64,000 nucleotides of DNA from the human T2T-CHM13v2.0 reference genome, Homo sapiens: the NCBI RefSeq assembly GCF_009914755.1, contig NC_060938.1. The stretch is one strand, 5' to 3'. Of the stretch, positions 12,598 to 25,688 are shown one piece after another. Under the pieces are notes generated by a model. It did not search any database. It was not told the origin of the DNA and was given only the letters and a program-made list of their open reading frames with translations. How positions within the stretch are numbered: position 1 is the first letter of the stretch; each line of letters begins with the position of its first letter. Both the position numbers and the translations under genes were made by a program.

Positions 12598-14604
12598 GCC
12601 CTGGACACATTTTTATAGAAAGATCCAGATGAAGGGAAAAAGAAGTCTGATAGGTATTTCTTTTTACTAAGTCATGTGGGAAGCTACAGCGGAATCCTGC
12701 CACTCTCTGCTGACTGATGGTGAGCTTATGTTTGGTGACAGGAAACTTGCCATCTACAAGGCAGCCTCTTAAAACTTCGGTCAGCTCTGACCGTTGTCTA
12801 ATAATTCTTCATTGCTGCAAGTTTTCCAGCTGTCCCCCACATCTGTTTTAGTGGTGGTGGAGGATTGGGGGACTCAGAAGGAGGGCGTAGATTGTCCTGC
12901 TACAGAAAAAGAACTAGCAGGACTCCTCTGAGGGAGCAACATGGAGAGACTTTCTCACCCCTCTGCAGGCAGGCTCTGCCCCCTTTCACTCACTGGAGTG
13001 CTCACTTCCTGTGCACACGCTGCGCCGTGCTCCCTCCTGGCCCATGAGGTGCCAGTCACCACACACTTGGATTTGTTTACTTTTCCTCCTGGAAATGTGG
13101 ACATGAGGGCATTATACTCACTTTTCAAAGCAAAGGATTCTTTCCTGGAGGGGTTAATAGTCCTTAGGTGTAAGTACCCCTCCAGTGGTTGTATAGCAGT
13201 TGTCTGTTGGGGGACCTTAAGTGATTATTCATGGAATCTTTCATGCTAAAGATGCATTGCAGCGAAACGTCATTGGTTTGGACCAAATCCGGTTATGGTC
13301 TGAAGAACCTCAGGTATGGGACATCCCCAGCAAAGCAGTCTTATTACTCTTTATCCTGCAGAGTCACAGCTTACAGAATCTTCCCTAGAAGAGGTGTGCC
13401 TGGTGTACTTTTAAAAATAGATGCGCCTCTTGTGTAAACAGCATTTTGCCTGTTGGAATGTAAATGAATGTTGTTGGAGTGCTTGGAGACAGTTTGTTCT
13501 TTTAGTGGATTAGCAATTTCCCCTGCAAATGTTGTTTCATGGTATTTGCTAAGCACATCCTTCCTTCATATGCAATATGGAATTCCCTATCAGCCAGCCT
13601 AGATGGGCGAAAACTCTGGAAGTTCTGCTGTACCCAGTCCATCAATAACCCTAGCAGTGATCTGTGTTCTAGAAAGGCAGGGGTGGGGGATGAGTCCAGG
13701 TTTTCTAAAGACATTGGGAAATAATAGCAAATTTTCCAGAGAAGGAGTTGCTTCCAAAAATGTAAAAAATAGTTAAAGAGAGGCATTTATAACCATGAAG
13801 AGTAGTCAACAGAGAAAACAAACATGCCAGTGAATGAACATCCTAGCAGAGGGTGGAGAGAGCAAGCCAGAATAGTGTGGAGGGGGTACAAAAGTTTCAA
13901 ATTATCTTCCCTATATAAAATTCCCATGATCCCCCAGGCAGTCAGTTTTAACTGCTTACCCCAGCACTCCCAAATTCCATTCTTCCGGAGGCCTGGCAAA
14001 GCACCTCCTCAGCACTCACTACCCAGTCCCAGGCCTCAGGCGTGCTCTCCCCACACGGCTGCTGTCCCCATCTTCACTTCCACATCATCCTTGGATCCTA
14101 GATCACTGTCCCTACAGCTCACTTCCTTGTTTCCACTCCCTGTCCACACATTAAATATCCATGCTCTGGCCTGGCAGTCAGCAGTCCCATGACCTGGCTC
14201 CAGGGCCCCTTCAGCCCCAAGTCGCGTCCCTCGCAGGTTTGATGCCCAAGCAGCAGATTTCTCCCCAACAGAGGCCTCAGAGAGTGCCTGGCTGTGATAA
14301 GCATGTGTTGCTGTGATTTTGTCATCTGTCTCCTTGCTTTTGCTTAGGCTGTTCCCCTGCCTTCCTCTCTGCCTGGCAGGATTCCCCCCTTCCCAAGAAG
14401 TGCCTGCTTCTGATCTCCAGTAAGTATCTGACGTCAGTCATATTCTTAAATCTGACCAGCTCACAGTATTTACATCCAGGATTTCTCTCTTTTTCTAGAA
14501 TGAAAACACCTCCAGGTCAAGGGCTTTCTCTCACACTTATTTACACCTCAGCACCTAGCACAGAGTGCTGTACACAGTAGATGCTTATTTTAGACTGTGA
14601 TATC

Positions 14605-14780
14605 CTTAATAATAATAATAATAGCTCTGCATTATTAATCATTTTCCATGTGCAGGCACTGGGGTCTCTCCCCAGATGCATCTTCAGCACAAACCAAAGA
14701 GTGTTACCATCAGTTACATTTTATGGAACTTGCCAAGAGCGTAGGTAATAAATGACAGAGCTGCGATTTGAACCCTTATT
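14605..14780 (-). mobile_element. MIR fragment (abuts an L2 3' end at ~14490-14590)
   Basis: AATAATAATAGCT...ACTTGCCAAG...AAATGACAGAGCTGCGATTTGAACCC. Confidence 0.6.
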
Positions 14781-14865
14781 TGTCCCCTCTAGGACTTGCA
14801 TTTGAAGTCATAAGGGTGCTGTTCTATTACTCTCATGAAGACAGGGACCACGTCTTTACCTAAGG

Positions 14866-15132
14866 CAGTGTTGCAAGTGGAGACTAAAGACCAAATCTGC
14901 CCCATAGATATGTTTTGTTTGGCCCATTCTGTGCGTGTTTGTTTGTTTCTTTAATCAGGAAATTTTACATCCACATCTAGATTTCTGGCTTTGCTGGGAA
15001 GCCCAGGAGATACAGTAACCCTGGATTTAAGCGTAGTGATGCTGGCCAGTGCTCGAAACCGCTGTCCCCACTTCACTACAGCCTCTGCTTGCCTGGCCTG
15101 AGGGTAGGGGAGCATTAGAGTTTGCGTCTTCC
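14866..15132 (-). mobile_element. MER102-like hAT element
   Basis: CCAAATCTGCCCCATAGATATGTTTTGTTTGGCCCA...AGATTTCTGGCTT...GCATTAGAGTTTGCG. Confidence 0.55.
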
Positions 15133-15169
15133 GCACTGTACTGTCTGGTTCCATGTTTCACCTCCCAGG

Positions 15170-15365
15170 CATTGGGATTGGGGTGGGTCCGTTCTTGGTT
15201 ATATAGGACTGCCCCATATATTGCAGGGTGTGTAGCAACACTGGCCCTCACCCGCTAAATCAACAGCACCTTTCCTTCAGTCATGTTGACAATCAAAAAC
15301 TCCCCCAAACATTTGCAAAGCCCCTAGTGAGGGATGCTGCCCCATTCCCTTTTGAGACACAATGG
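15170..15365. mobile_element. MER20-like hAT element
   Basis: GGACTGCCCC...TTGCAGGGTGTGTAGCA...TGACAATCAAAAA...TTGAGACACAATG. Confidence 0.5.
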
Positions 15366-15799
15366 CAGATAACCCCTTGTCTCACCAGTGGTGGCACACA
15401 GTAGGGCCTCCATTAAATAGATTTAAAAGACCTAAAATGCAACATCCATTACCAAATAGTTCCCATGTTAAAAGTTCCCATGAAAGGAGAAGCAGAAAAA
15501 TGCAATAATCATAGTATTTTTTTAAAAATAAATTATCTGGAGCAAATTTAGTGCATTCCCTTAAACACCTGTCCCATGATGGAAAAAAAAAGTTAGTAAT
15601 AACACGTTTCTGTGGAGGCATTTCCATTCTCCACGCCTCAGTTCCCACTGTAATGTTAATTGGTTATGGTTTTCTTTGCTTCTAGTCCTTACATGTGCAG
15701 CTGTCAACCAGGCACCACCCCAGGAAATGCTGCACTTAAAGGGATAAGTAAGAGGAACTGAATCACATGCAGCTTTTCTAAGGAGAAATGATATTGTTA

Positions 15800-16190
15800 A
15801 TATTTTTGCTTGTTGTTCTAATTATAAAAATACTATGTGCTTATAGTAGAAATTTCAGAGTAAAGTACTAAGAATAAGTAAAAATCCCTCATACTCTCAT
15901 CATCAGAAGATAATCACTGTTTCTATTTTTGTATATTTCCTTCCAGTCTTTCTTCCTCTATCGCACATATTTGTGTTTGTTGTTGCTGATTTCATTTTGC
16001 TTCTAAGAAAATTGGGATTGTACTATTGATAAAGCCCTCCTTGCCACTGCATGGCTGTACCATGATCAGTTTAACCAGTCCCCTTTTGTTGAACATATGG
16101 TAGCTTCCCAGTTTATGCTGTGATCAACAGGACAGCAATCACCTTCTTTATCCATAAATCTTTTGGGATCACTTGGATTATTTCTATAGA
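15800..16190 (-). mobile_element. Ancient L1 (L1ME-like) 3' fragment
   Basis: AT-rich, with TTTAACCAGTCCCC...TTGAACAT...TTCCCAGTTT...TTATTTCTATAG motifs of antisense old L1. Confidence 0.6.
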
Positions 16191-16874
16191 AAGAGTAATA
16201 TGGTAAGCAGTGTAGAAAGAAACCATCCTCTCCACAAGAGAGATGTTATTGGCTCTGGCCCTAGAAGAGATGGGCAGAGCCAAGGGTAGACTGAGTTCTG
16301 GTTAAGGAATTTCCAGGCAGGAAGAAGTTCATATTTTTGAGCTGGCTTCTCTAGTGCAGCTGAAGACGAGCCATCTACTGCGAGCAAAGAGAGGCGAGGT
16401 GGGGCTGGGGACTTGGGGAGGGTGGAGTTGGTTTGGAGCTCCCAGTGCAGGAAGCAAACAAGGGCTTAACCAAAGGATGAAAATTGTTTGGCAGCATTGA
16501 GCACCTAGGTCACACTGTGTGATTTAGGAATAGAGGCCATTAGCACAGATGTGCAGCTCTCTCCAGTGAGGCAGAGACAAAAGCAGAGGTGGGGTGGAGG
16601 TGGGTGGGGGGAGGGTGGGGATAGTAGGATCATCTCAGGTTTGGGAAATGGCCTGACAGATCCAGCCAAAGGTCAGAGGGGCTGGTGAGAGCCTCATGAA
16701 ATCTTTTCCCACCCAAAATAATAAGATTGCTATAACACATAAGTAAAAATCGTCTCTGCAACCTAGCAAACAGAGCTAAGAAATGAGCTTTGTCTACTAA
16801 AATGGCTTTACAGACCCAACATGAGCTGGACATAGACCCTGAGTTACTTTTAGGGTATAATAATAACAACAATG

Positions 16875-17060
16875 AAAACTTTCTACAGCAGATCACAGTT
16901 ACAGAGTGCTTTATACAATACATAAGTCCAATCTCATAGGGTATTACTAAGTGGGTCCCCCATTTTCAAAGGAGAAAACTGAGGCTTAGAAAGGGTGATG
17001 ATATGTGTAAGTGTAAATAGGTAGTTGACTGTAGAGTCAGGCTCCAGACCAGCTCCAAGG
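16875..17060 (-). mobile_element. MIR
   Basis: CCCCATTTTCAAAGGAGAAAACTGAGGCTTAGAAAGGG core. Confidence 0.75.
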
Positions 17061-17269
17061 ACAGATTTGTGATAATTAATCTATTAATGTGACCATCTCT
17101 TCTGTCCTTGCAAGATGACTTTTGTTGGAAAACAAAAGTCTCAAAACAAAAGTCACACCTGTGACCTTGACCTCCTAAGCAAGACAATTAACCAAACGAG
17201 CTAACAGGAAAAGCCAGTTCTTCCTGGGTGTAAAGAGTGGTCTCAGTGTCCTACCTACCAGGCTGGTCT

Positions 17270-18028
<759 letters not shown>

Positions 18029-18559
18029 AAAAAAATATTCTTAAGAAGAACACTAGCACAGTGACTCACTCATAATAGGACATCCGTATGTGCTGGTTCC
18101 TTCTCTCTTACCCCTTGTTCTGTGTTAAATGTTATGTGCTCAGCACATCCATCTTTGGAATTAAAGTATTTCTGGGAAAGATAACACATTAAGCCTTAAT
18201 ATCCAGTCCATGAAGCTGATATCACAGGGGAAGAAACCCACACTGGCTCTTAAGGAAGTGGGTGAGTCGTACATGAAACGCGCCAGAGTGTCCCTGTCTG
18301 TCTAACGGGGTGGGACACATGATCTTGGAGGGTATTTCCAGTGCTGCCTATGATTCCACCCAGCTATGAATCAGGGTGGGCAGAAACTGGAAACAGGCAT
18401 GTGGGACCCAGGTGGATCACAGTCTCCCCTCTTCCACCTGCTGGCATTCCTGCCTTTGGGGACAGCAGGGCGGGTGAATCCTGGGCTGTTTGCTCACTGA
18501 CAGCCATGGGGTTGCAAAGGATCCCTTCTCTTCAGCCGGGGCACTGCTGAGTTACTTAC

Positions 18560-18650
18560 TCACCCATCCCAACATTCATTTATTCAGTAGAAACATATTA
18601 GATGTCCCCAGTGTGCTCAGTGCTGAGCTGAATAAAACAGACAAGACCCT
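18560..18650 (-). mobile_element. L2 3'-end fragment in the spacer of the inverted repeat
   Basis: CATTCATTTATTCAG...GTGTGCTCAGTGCTG...GAATAAAACAGACAAGACCCT resembles an antisense L2 tail. Confidence 0.6.
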
Positions 18651-20055
18651 GATTGACAGCTGGGTGAAATCATAGACAGCACTGGAAATACCCTCCGCAT
18701 CCCACCCCTCACCATTAGACACACAGGGAGACCCTGGCTTGTCCTGTGTACAACTCACTCACTTCCTTGAGAGCCAGTATGGGTTTTTTCCCTGTGATAC
18801 CTGCTTCATGGACTGGATGTTAAGGCTCAATATGTGCTATCTTTTCTGAAAAGAATTCTAAAGGTGGATGTGCTGAGCACAAAACATTTGACATAGAAGG
18901 GAAGAGAAGAAGGGAATCGGCACAGTGAGTTCCTATTATGAGCCAAGTCACTGTACTAGTGTTCTTCTTAAGAATACTTTTTATTTCTTCTAATACCTCA
19001 GCTGCTATTCACTCAATGGTTACTTTTTTAAGTACCTACTATATTCTGGACATCTTCTAGGCATGGGGAAACAGCAGGGAACAACACATGGCCCCACAGT
19101 CAGGCAACGGGGACAGACCTCAAACGTGAAAACCCACCCAGACCAGAGCCATCCTTGGGCACCCTGATGCCTGTTGGACTTTCCTATCCTACTTTGGGAC
19201 TCTTCCTTCCCAGGGCCTTGCTCAGGCCCCTACCTGGAACCAACAGCCTCCAGCTGCTCTCCTTGTCTGAAGCGTCCTCAGCATGCCCTTCCTCCCTGCA
19301 GATCGCTCCCAGATGGCTCCTAAAGCCATCAGGTGGAGTTCAGCCCAGGCTACCCAGAGGACAAGTGAGGGGACCCCTGGCGGATGGGGAGAGAGCGGCC
19401 TGAGAAGAGGAGGTGGCTAGAAAGAGGAAGGGAGGAAGAACAAGACTGAGGAGTCTTTTAAGAGCGTGAAACCTGAGGAGCAAATGTCCCAGAAGGTTTG
19501 AGGAAAGGTTCACTGGGAAATGCACTGCAGGAAACCCCTGCATGGCCTCTCAGGAAACCCTACCATGGAGATCACATTAGGCCTGAAAATATTTGCAGTT
19601 ACATATGTTTCTTTGAATGCAAGACCAAGTGGAGGCCATCTTCCAGGGAGGGCTGGTCACACCAACTGCAAGCACAATTTTAATCTGTCATCCACAAAGC
19701 ATCCTAGAGGATGGCGCCTGCATACCCTTCCTGCCTTGTTTCCTACCACCCCACCCCACCTTCTCCACACACCCTGAGTTTCTCAGTGTTCCCTGAATAA
19801 GCTTCCTCACACCTCATTCCATGGCATCCTCAGGAGTCCCCGGCATTGGGGCACTGCCATTTCTCCTTCCTGTGTTCCCCAGCCCTACCTAGCCTTCAAG
19901 CCTCAGCTCAGAGCCTTCACCTCTTCCAAGAAGCTTTGGCTGGCCACCTGGAAGCATCTTCGGCTCCTTTCTACACTTTCAGGAGAACACTTTTTATAAA
20001 CTCCCTTGTATGGGGTCATTATTTTATGTACATGGGTTAGCTGTTGCACCAACTA

Positions 20056-20373
20056 CAGATGAATCTCCACTCATAATAAGTTTAAGTTCCAATAAACCCA
20101 TCGAAAGTTGAAAATATTGTGAGTTGAAAATGCATTTAATTCACCCAACTTACCAAACCTCTGTAGCTTAGCCTCGCCTACCGTACACATGCTCAGAGCA
20201 CTTACATTAACCTACAATGGGCAAAATCATCTAACACAAAGCCTACTTTATAATAAAGTAGGGAATATCTCATGTTTATTGAATACTGTACATTGTGTTA
20301 AAATTGGAAGTTTCACACCATCATAAAGTCAAGGAATCATTTAGTTGAATCATTATAAGTCTAGGACTGTCTG
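20056..20373 (+). mobile_element. MER47A-like TcMar-Tigger element
   Basis: CAGATG...AAACCCATCG..AGTTGAAAAT...GCAAAATCATCTAACACAAAGCCTA...GGACTGTCTG, with TA on both flanks. Confidence 0.85.
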
Positions 20374-21231
20374 TAGATGTAAATTTGTTAAGAATTAGGA
20401 CTCAAGAGTAGAATTCCTTTAATCCACATAGACTTACAATGGTGCTGTGCACATGGAGCCCCTAAATCATTGCTGACTGAGTAGATTTCCCAGGGTAAGC
20501 CCAAGAAGTTACTCCTAGAAGGGGCTGGTAGGGGAAAGAGCCAACATCCCACATGCCTGCCCACTTTGGGTCTGGTCCCAAGAAACAAACTCCAGTGGCC
20601 TCGAAAATTTAATATTGCTGTCAGAAGGGCCTCCCCTTCAAAGGAACAGGTCCTGATAGCTCTTGTTATATGCAAAGTGGAAAGGTAACGTGACTGTTCT
20701 CTGCATTTCCTGCCTTTCAATTGAGTGAAGACAGACAGATGATTTATTGGGCATTTCCTAGCCTCCCCTTCACCATAGGAAACCAGACTGAAAAAAAGGT
20801 GCAAATTTTAAAAAGATGTGTGAGTATCTTGAGGGAGAATTCCTGTGTACCACTAAAGCAAAAAAAGAAAACTCTCTAACAGCAGGACCTCTGATCTGGA
20901 GGCATATTGACCATAAATTTACGCCACCCCATGAGAGCTCAAAGGCTGTGCTGTTCTCGTCCTCTCTCAGTCCCCATTTCCAGGTGATCAAGCTTGGGCT
21001 TAGGGTAGTGGCAGTGTGGCTTTAGCTGTCAGCCATCACCATGGAAGAGCAGGAGGTTTAGGGGCCTTCATAACCTTTCAAGTGTTGGTTTCCGTTGGAA
21101 GTAGTTGAATATCTCCACCCCACCCATGCCCCTGAGAGAAAGCCGGGAAGAGGGGCCACCATCGGGGGCTCAGCACCTGCAAGCCCAATGCTGACATGAA
21201 GGCTTCGCTTCATTCCATTCGGCCACGAGAG

Positions 21232-21748
21232 CTATACTCGCTTCCTAGGGCTCCCCTAGCCACGCGGGTACTTTACTGAGTGTCTGAAAACAACAGAAAT
21301 TGATTGCATCGTTGTTCTGGAGGCTAGAGGTGTGATATCAAGGTTTCGGCAGGGCCATGTTCCTCCTAAAGGCTGTGGGGAAGGGTCCTTCCTTGCCTCT
21401 TCTCAGCTTCTGGTGGTGGCCGGCACTCCTCCACATTCCTTGGCTTGTAGCTGCCCCACTCCCGTCACTGCTGTCATCTTCACGTGGCCCTTCCCTATGC
21501 ATCTGTGTCTTCACATGGTGGTCTCCTTGTGGATGACAGTGTCTGTCTCTGTTCCTCTCCCCTCTTCTTATAAGGACACCAGCCGTATTGGATTGAGGGC
21601 CCACCCTACTCCAGAATAATCTCATCTCCACCTACATCATAATTACATCTGCAAATATATTTTTATTTCAAAAATAAGGTCATATTCACAGGTACCAGGG
21701 TTAGGACTTCAGTGTATCTTTTGGGGGTGACACAATTCAGTCCACCAT
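21232..21748 (-). mobile_element. MLT1 (MLT1C-like) MaLR LTR
   Basis: AAAACAACAGAAAT...GTTCTGGAGGCTAGA...CTTCTTATAAGGACACCAG...ATTGGATT.AGGGCCCACCCT...GACACAATTCA. Confidence 0.85.
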
Positions 21749-21814
21749 GGGAGACACATGCTTTTTGTCCATGGCCTTATAGGGAATCCTTGGGTGACTC
21801 CGTATCTGTGTGTA

Positions 21815-22210
21815 AGTATATGCCTGTGATTTGTATTCATATAGTGTCATATACACACAAATACCTATATATTTACATGTATATATATATAAATATGTAT
21901 ATGACATTTACTAATACATATCTCTAATAGGTATTTGTAATATATATAAAAATACCTGTGATTTGTATTGATATAGTGTTATATATATGTGTGCATATAT
22001 ATATATACACACAAAAAAACCTGTCCGTATATATGTGTCTATAGAGACAAATACCTATAAAATAGTAGGTAATTACCTATCTATACTTATAATAGATATT
22101 TTTAATAAATATACAAATATCTGTACAAACACCTGTAATTTGTACTCATGTAGTGTCATACATGTAATATAAATACATCTAAATATAATCTGTCATACAT
22201 ATGACACGAT
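21815..22210. repeat. TA-rich low-complexity region with degenerate ~30-bp repeats
   Basis: (TA)n runs. CCTGTRATTTGTAYTSATRTAGTGTYATA at 21823, 21955 and 22132. Confidence 0.8.
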
Positions 22211-22241
22211 ATGAATTTGTAAGTCATTAACCTGTGATTAA

Positions 22242-22549
<308 letters not shown>

Positions 22550-23327
22550 CCAGGAGCAATTCTGAGTAATGCCCTGATTTCATTAATCAAAGGAAGACTG
22601 CAGAGGTGTTTGTAGTCCTTTTTCTGCAATTTTCCCACTAAAGCAATGGCAGGAAAGGTCTGTCGTCTTGACCACAGACACACACGCTTGCCAGGACTGC
22701 ACCCCGAGGAGGACTCCAGCATGTGGAATGGGCAGAAGGCAGAAGCCCTATGTCTGCCCTGGGGTCCCCAGTGCTGAAGGCAGCAGCTCTGCTGGCTGCG
22801 CGGCTCTTCCCTACCTTGTTTTGGATGAGAAGACCCAGACCCAGAGTCCTGAAGTGGCTTGTCCAAGTCCACATGGACACAAACAGTTCTAGAAGTCACA
22901 CTGCCACATACCCAGCAGAGCTACTTCTCTTCTCTGCCTCCTCCTTGCCCCATTTTCCCAACTAATAATCAGATTTTTCCTCGGAGTGACTTCTGACGAG
23001 CATACTCAGATGTTACAGGTAGTCACAAAAATAGCACCCTTTTCCCATCAAATGGGCTGAGAAACGATTTTTCACGGAGGTCTTGCCACATTCAAAGGTT
23101 AAAGTACTTTGTGTTCTGTTGTTTTGGAGCTGTTGGAGAGGCGGAAAAAAAATTCTTTTTCAATTTCATAAAGGATTTTTGTTTTCATTTTCTCAGACTC
23201 CAGACTGACTCACCAAAAGGTTCATCTCATATTCGGCATACAGTGGCCCACCTGGGAGGTCTTTTATTAATGAGTCTGGGGACTTGGGGGCTGCTGCTCC
23301 CCTAAATCTACTTGAAAGTGACCTTCA

Positions 23328-23619
<292 letters not shown>

Positions 23620-24124
23620 AAAGTGACCTTCAGAAGCACTGACCTGGCCTCCCCCCGCCCCACACACACTTCTGCCCCAGGATGTCCCCCTCTCTCCATC
23701 TCCACCCTGCTCTCTCCACACTACAAGGCTACTTGACTTCGCTTCTGGAAGCCCTAGGGCCTGATTCTCTCTCCCTCATGCTCACTGGGATCATCCGGCA
23801 GGGAACAGAAGGGATACTGCTTCCGGGCAGAAAATGGGCCAGATTCAGGAACGCCTGAAATGGGGCTCTGGAAGCCTTTTGCTTGGAACTTTCTTGGAGC
23901 ATGTTTTTGCCAGGGCCATCACCCATCTAGGAGTTCCAAATGGTTTGGCAGAAATATTGCCCTGCCTCCTACACCTTCCTCTGCCACTCCTGACTTCCTT
24001 TCACCCCAGCCTCCCCAGCTGAGAACTCCCATGCTGGCTCCCAAATACACAACAAGCTCTTCGCATGGTGCCCGCTTCCACAACGTCTGGTGATCAACGT
24101 ATCCTAATTCATTGGAAAGCCTAA

Positions 24125-24300
24125 ATTGTGGACCTCAAATTTAAGGATCATTTAGGGGGCTTATTAAAAATATCGGTTTCTAACCCCACCACTCAAAGTC
24201 TTATTGAGGTCTGTGGCAGAGCCTGGGAATCTGCATTCTTAGCGCACCCCAGGGGATTCTGAGGTTGGGCATCTAGAGGGCCCCCTTGGAGAAATACAGC
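24125..24300. mobile_element. MER5-like hAT-Charlie element
   Basis: GCTTATTAAAAAT...GCCTGGGAATCTGCATT...CCCCAGGGGATTCTGA...TTGGAGAAATAC. Confidence 0.65.
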
Positions 24301-24729
24301 TTAATTCTACAGCAGGCATGCTCACCTGGGGCCTCTGCTCTGCAGAGCACCGCTGGGGACACTTAGGCGAGGTGACTAGGAAGAAGAAAAGAATAGCAGT
24401 GTGAGGATTCAGGCTGAGGTATAAATATAAACCAGGTAGGTCAAGGCCTGGGCCTGGGAGGAGGGCAGAGGAAGGCAAGTTCCCCGTGTGGCTTCTCAGG
24501 GACCAGCAGCGTGAGGGTTCCACGTGGCAACGCTGCTGGAGAGATGTTTACATCTGGGCACTGGCAGAGCCTTCTGGACAGGCCATCAAGCCAGAGGGAG
24601 CAGGCCCTCGAGCTAAATGGCATCATTCTGAGACGGGAGCTCCTTCAGCTTTGTCCTCAAAGGCACTGCAGCTTGGTGAATGAACATACGGGCTTCAGAG
24701 TCACACTGGTGGCCCGACTTGTCTGGTCT

Positions 24730-24865
24730 CTGTAGTTTCCTCTGCTGGAAAAGGAGGACAGCAGTCTTCCATGCAGAGGGCGAGTGGGAGGATGAAATGA
24801 GGTCATGTGTGCAAAGTTCTCAGCATGGTCCTTGTGGCAGCAATGTACACGAGCTATTGTCTTTG
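24730..24865 (+). mobile_element. MIR
   Basis: AGTTTCCTC...GAGGATGAAATGAG..CATGTGTGCAAAGT.CTCAGCA. Confidence 0.6.
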
Positions 24866-25597
24866 TCCTCAGAGCTGCTCCTGTCTGCCTCACAGCACGT
24901 CTCTGAAGCTGTCTTTGCAGAATTAGACCACATGAACAATTTGGAGAGTCCATAACTGTCCTAGAAAGCTTTTGGTTTGTCCTTTTTCTCCCTGTGAAAG
25001 CCCTCGTCACCCTGGAAATGCCAGTTCTGAAGAGGCAACGCTTACAACGCATCAAATTTTCTCTCCAAGTGACCCTGCCTCACCAGACATTTGCAGCCCT
25101 TCCAGTGATACTGAAAGAACCACTCAACAGATGGGGGCCAGATCTTTGCAACGGAAAATGCCACTTTTGAACGCCAAACCTCTGCCTGACGAAGGCTGTG
25201 TGATCTACAGGGTGAGACAGGGAGTTTAAGGTGGGAACCAAAGGCTCTTGAGCAAATGCAGAAAGGAAATGGACTTATGCAGAGGCCCATACAGCCCCCA
25301 GTCAACCCTGCCTTTGCCATGTCAGCTGTGGGGGATTTTGTGCTGGTCTCAGCCTCTGAGCGCTCTCTGCCTCAGTTTCCCTTTGCAGGGTGGAGCCAGC
25401 ACCCACAGCCATGTTTTGGCACGTGGCAAACTAACTCCTTTTGTGTACTGTGCAGTCTTAGGAGTAATGAGGCAGCAATATTATTGTTAGTTCTCTGTTC
25501 TAATGATCAGCTGTGAGGACCTAAGCAAATGAGAGTTGCTATAGTGTTATGAAGAAAAGACCCTGACTTGTTAGAGTGGCCATTTGTTTCCCCACAG

Positions 25598-25688
25598 CTA
25601 TTCATCCCCCTGGTGCCCTCATCACCAGGGCATATCTAAAAGATGCCATGCTAGATACCCATCCAGGGTATGGTACAGACATCACAAG
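25598..25688 (+). other. Candidate non-coding (lncRNA) exon, 91 nt
   Basis: Branch-like CCCTGAC (25561), acceptor TTTGTTTCCCCACAG|, donor AAG|GTAAGT. No transcript evidence is available. Confidence 0.35.
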
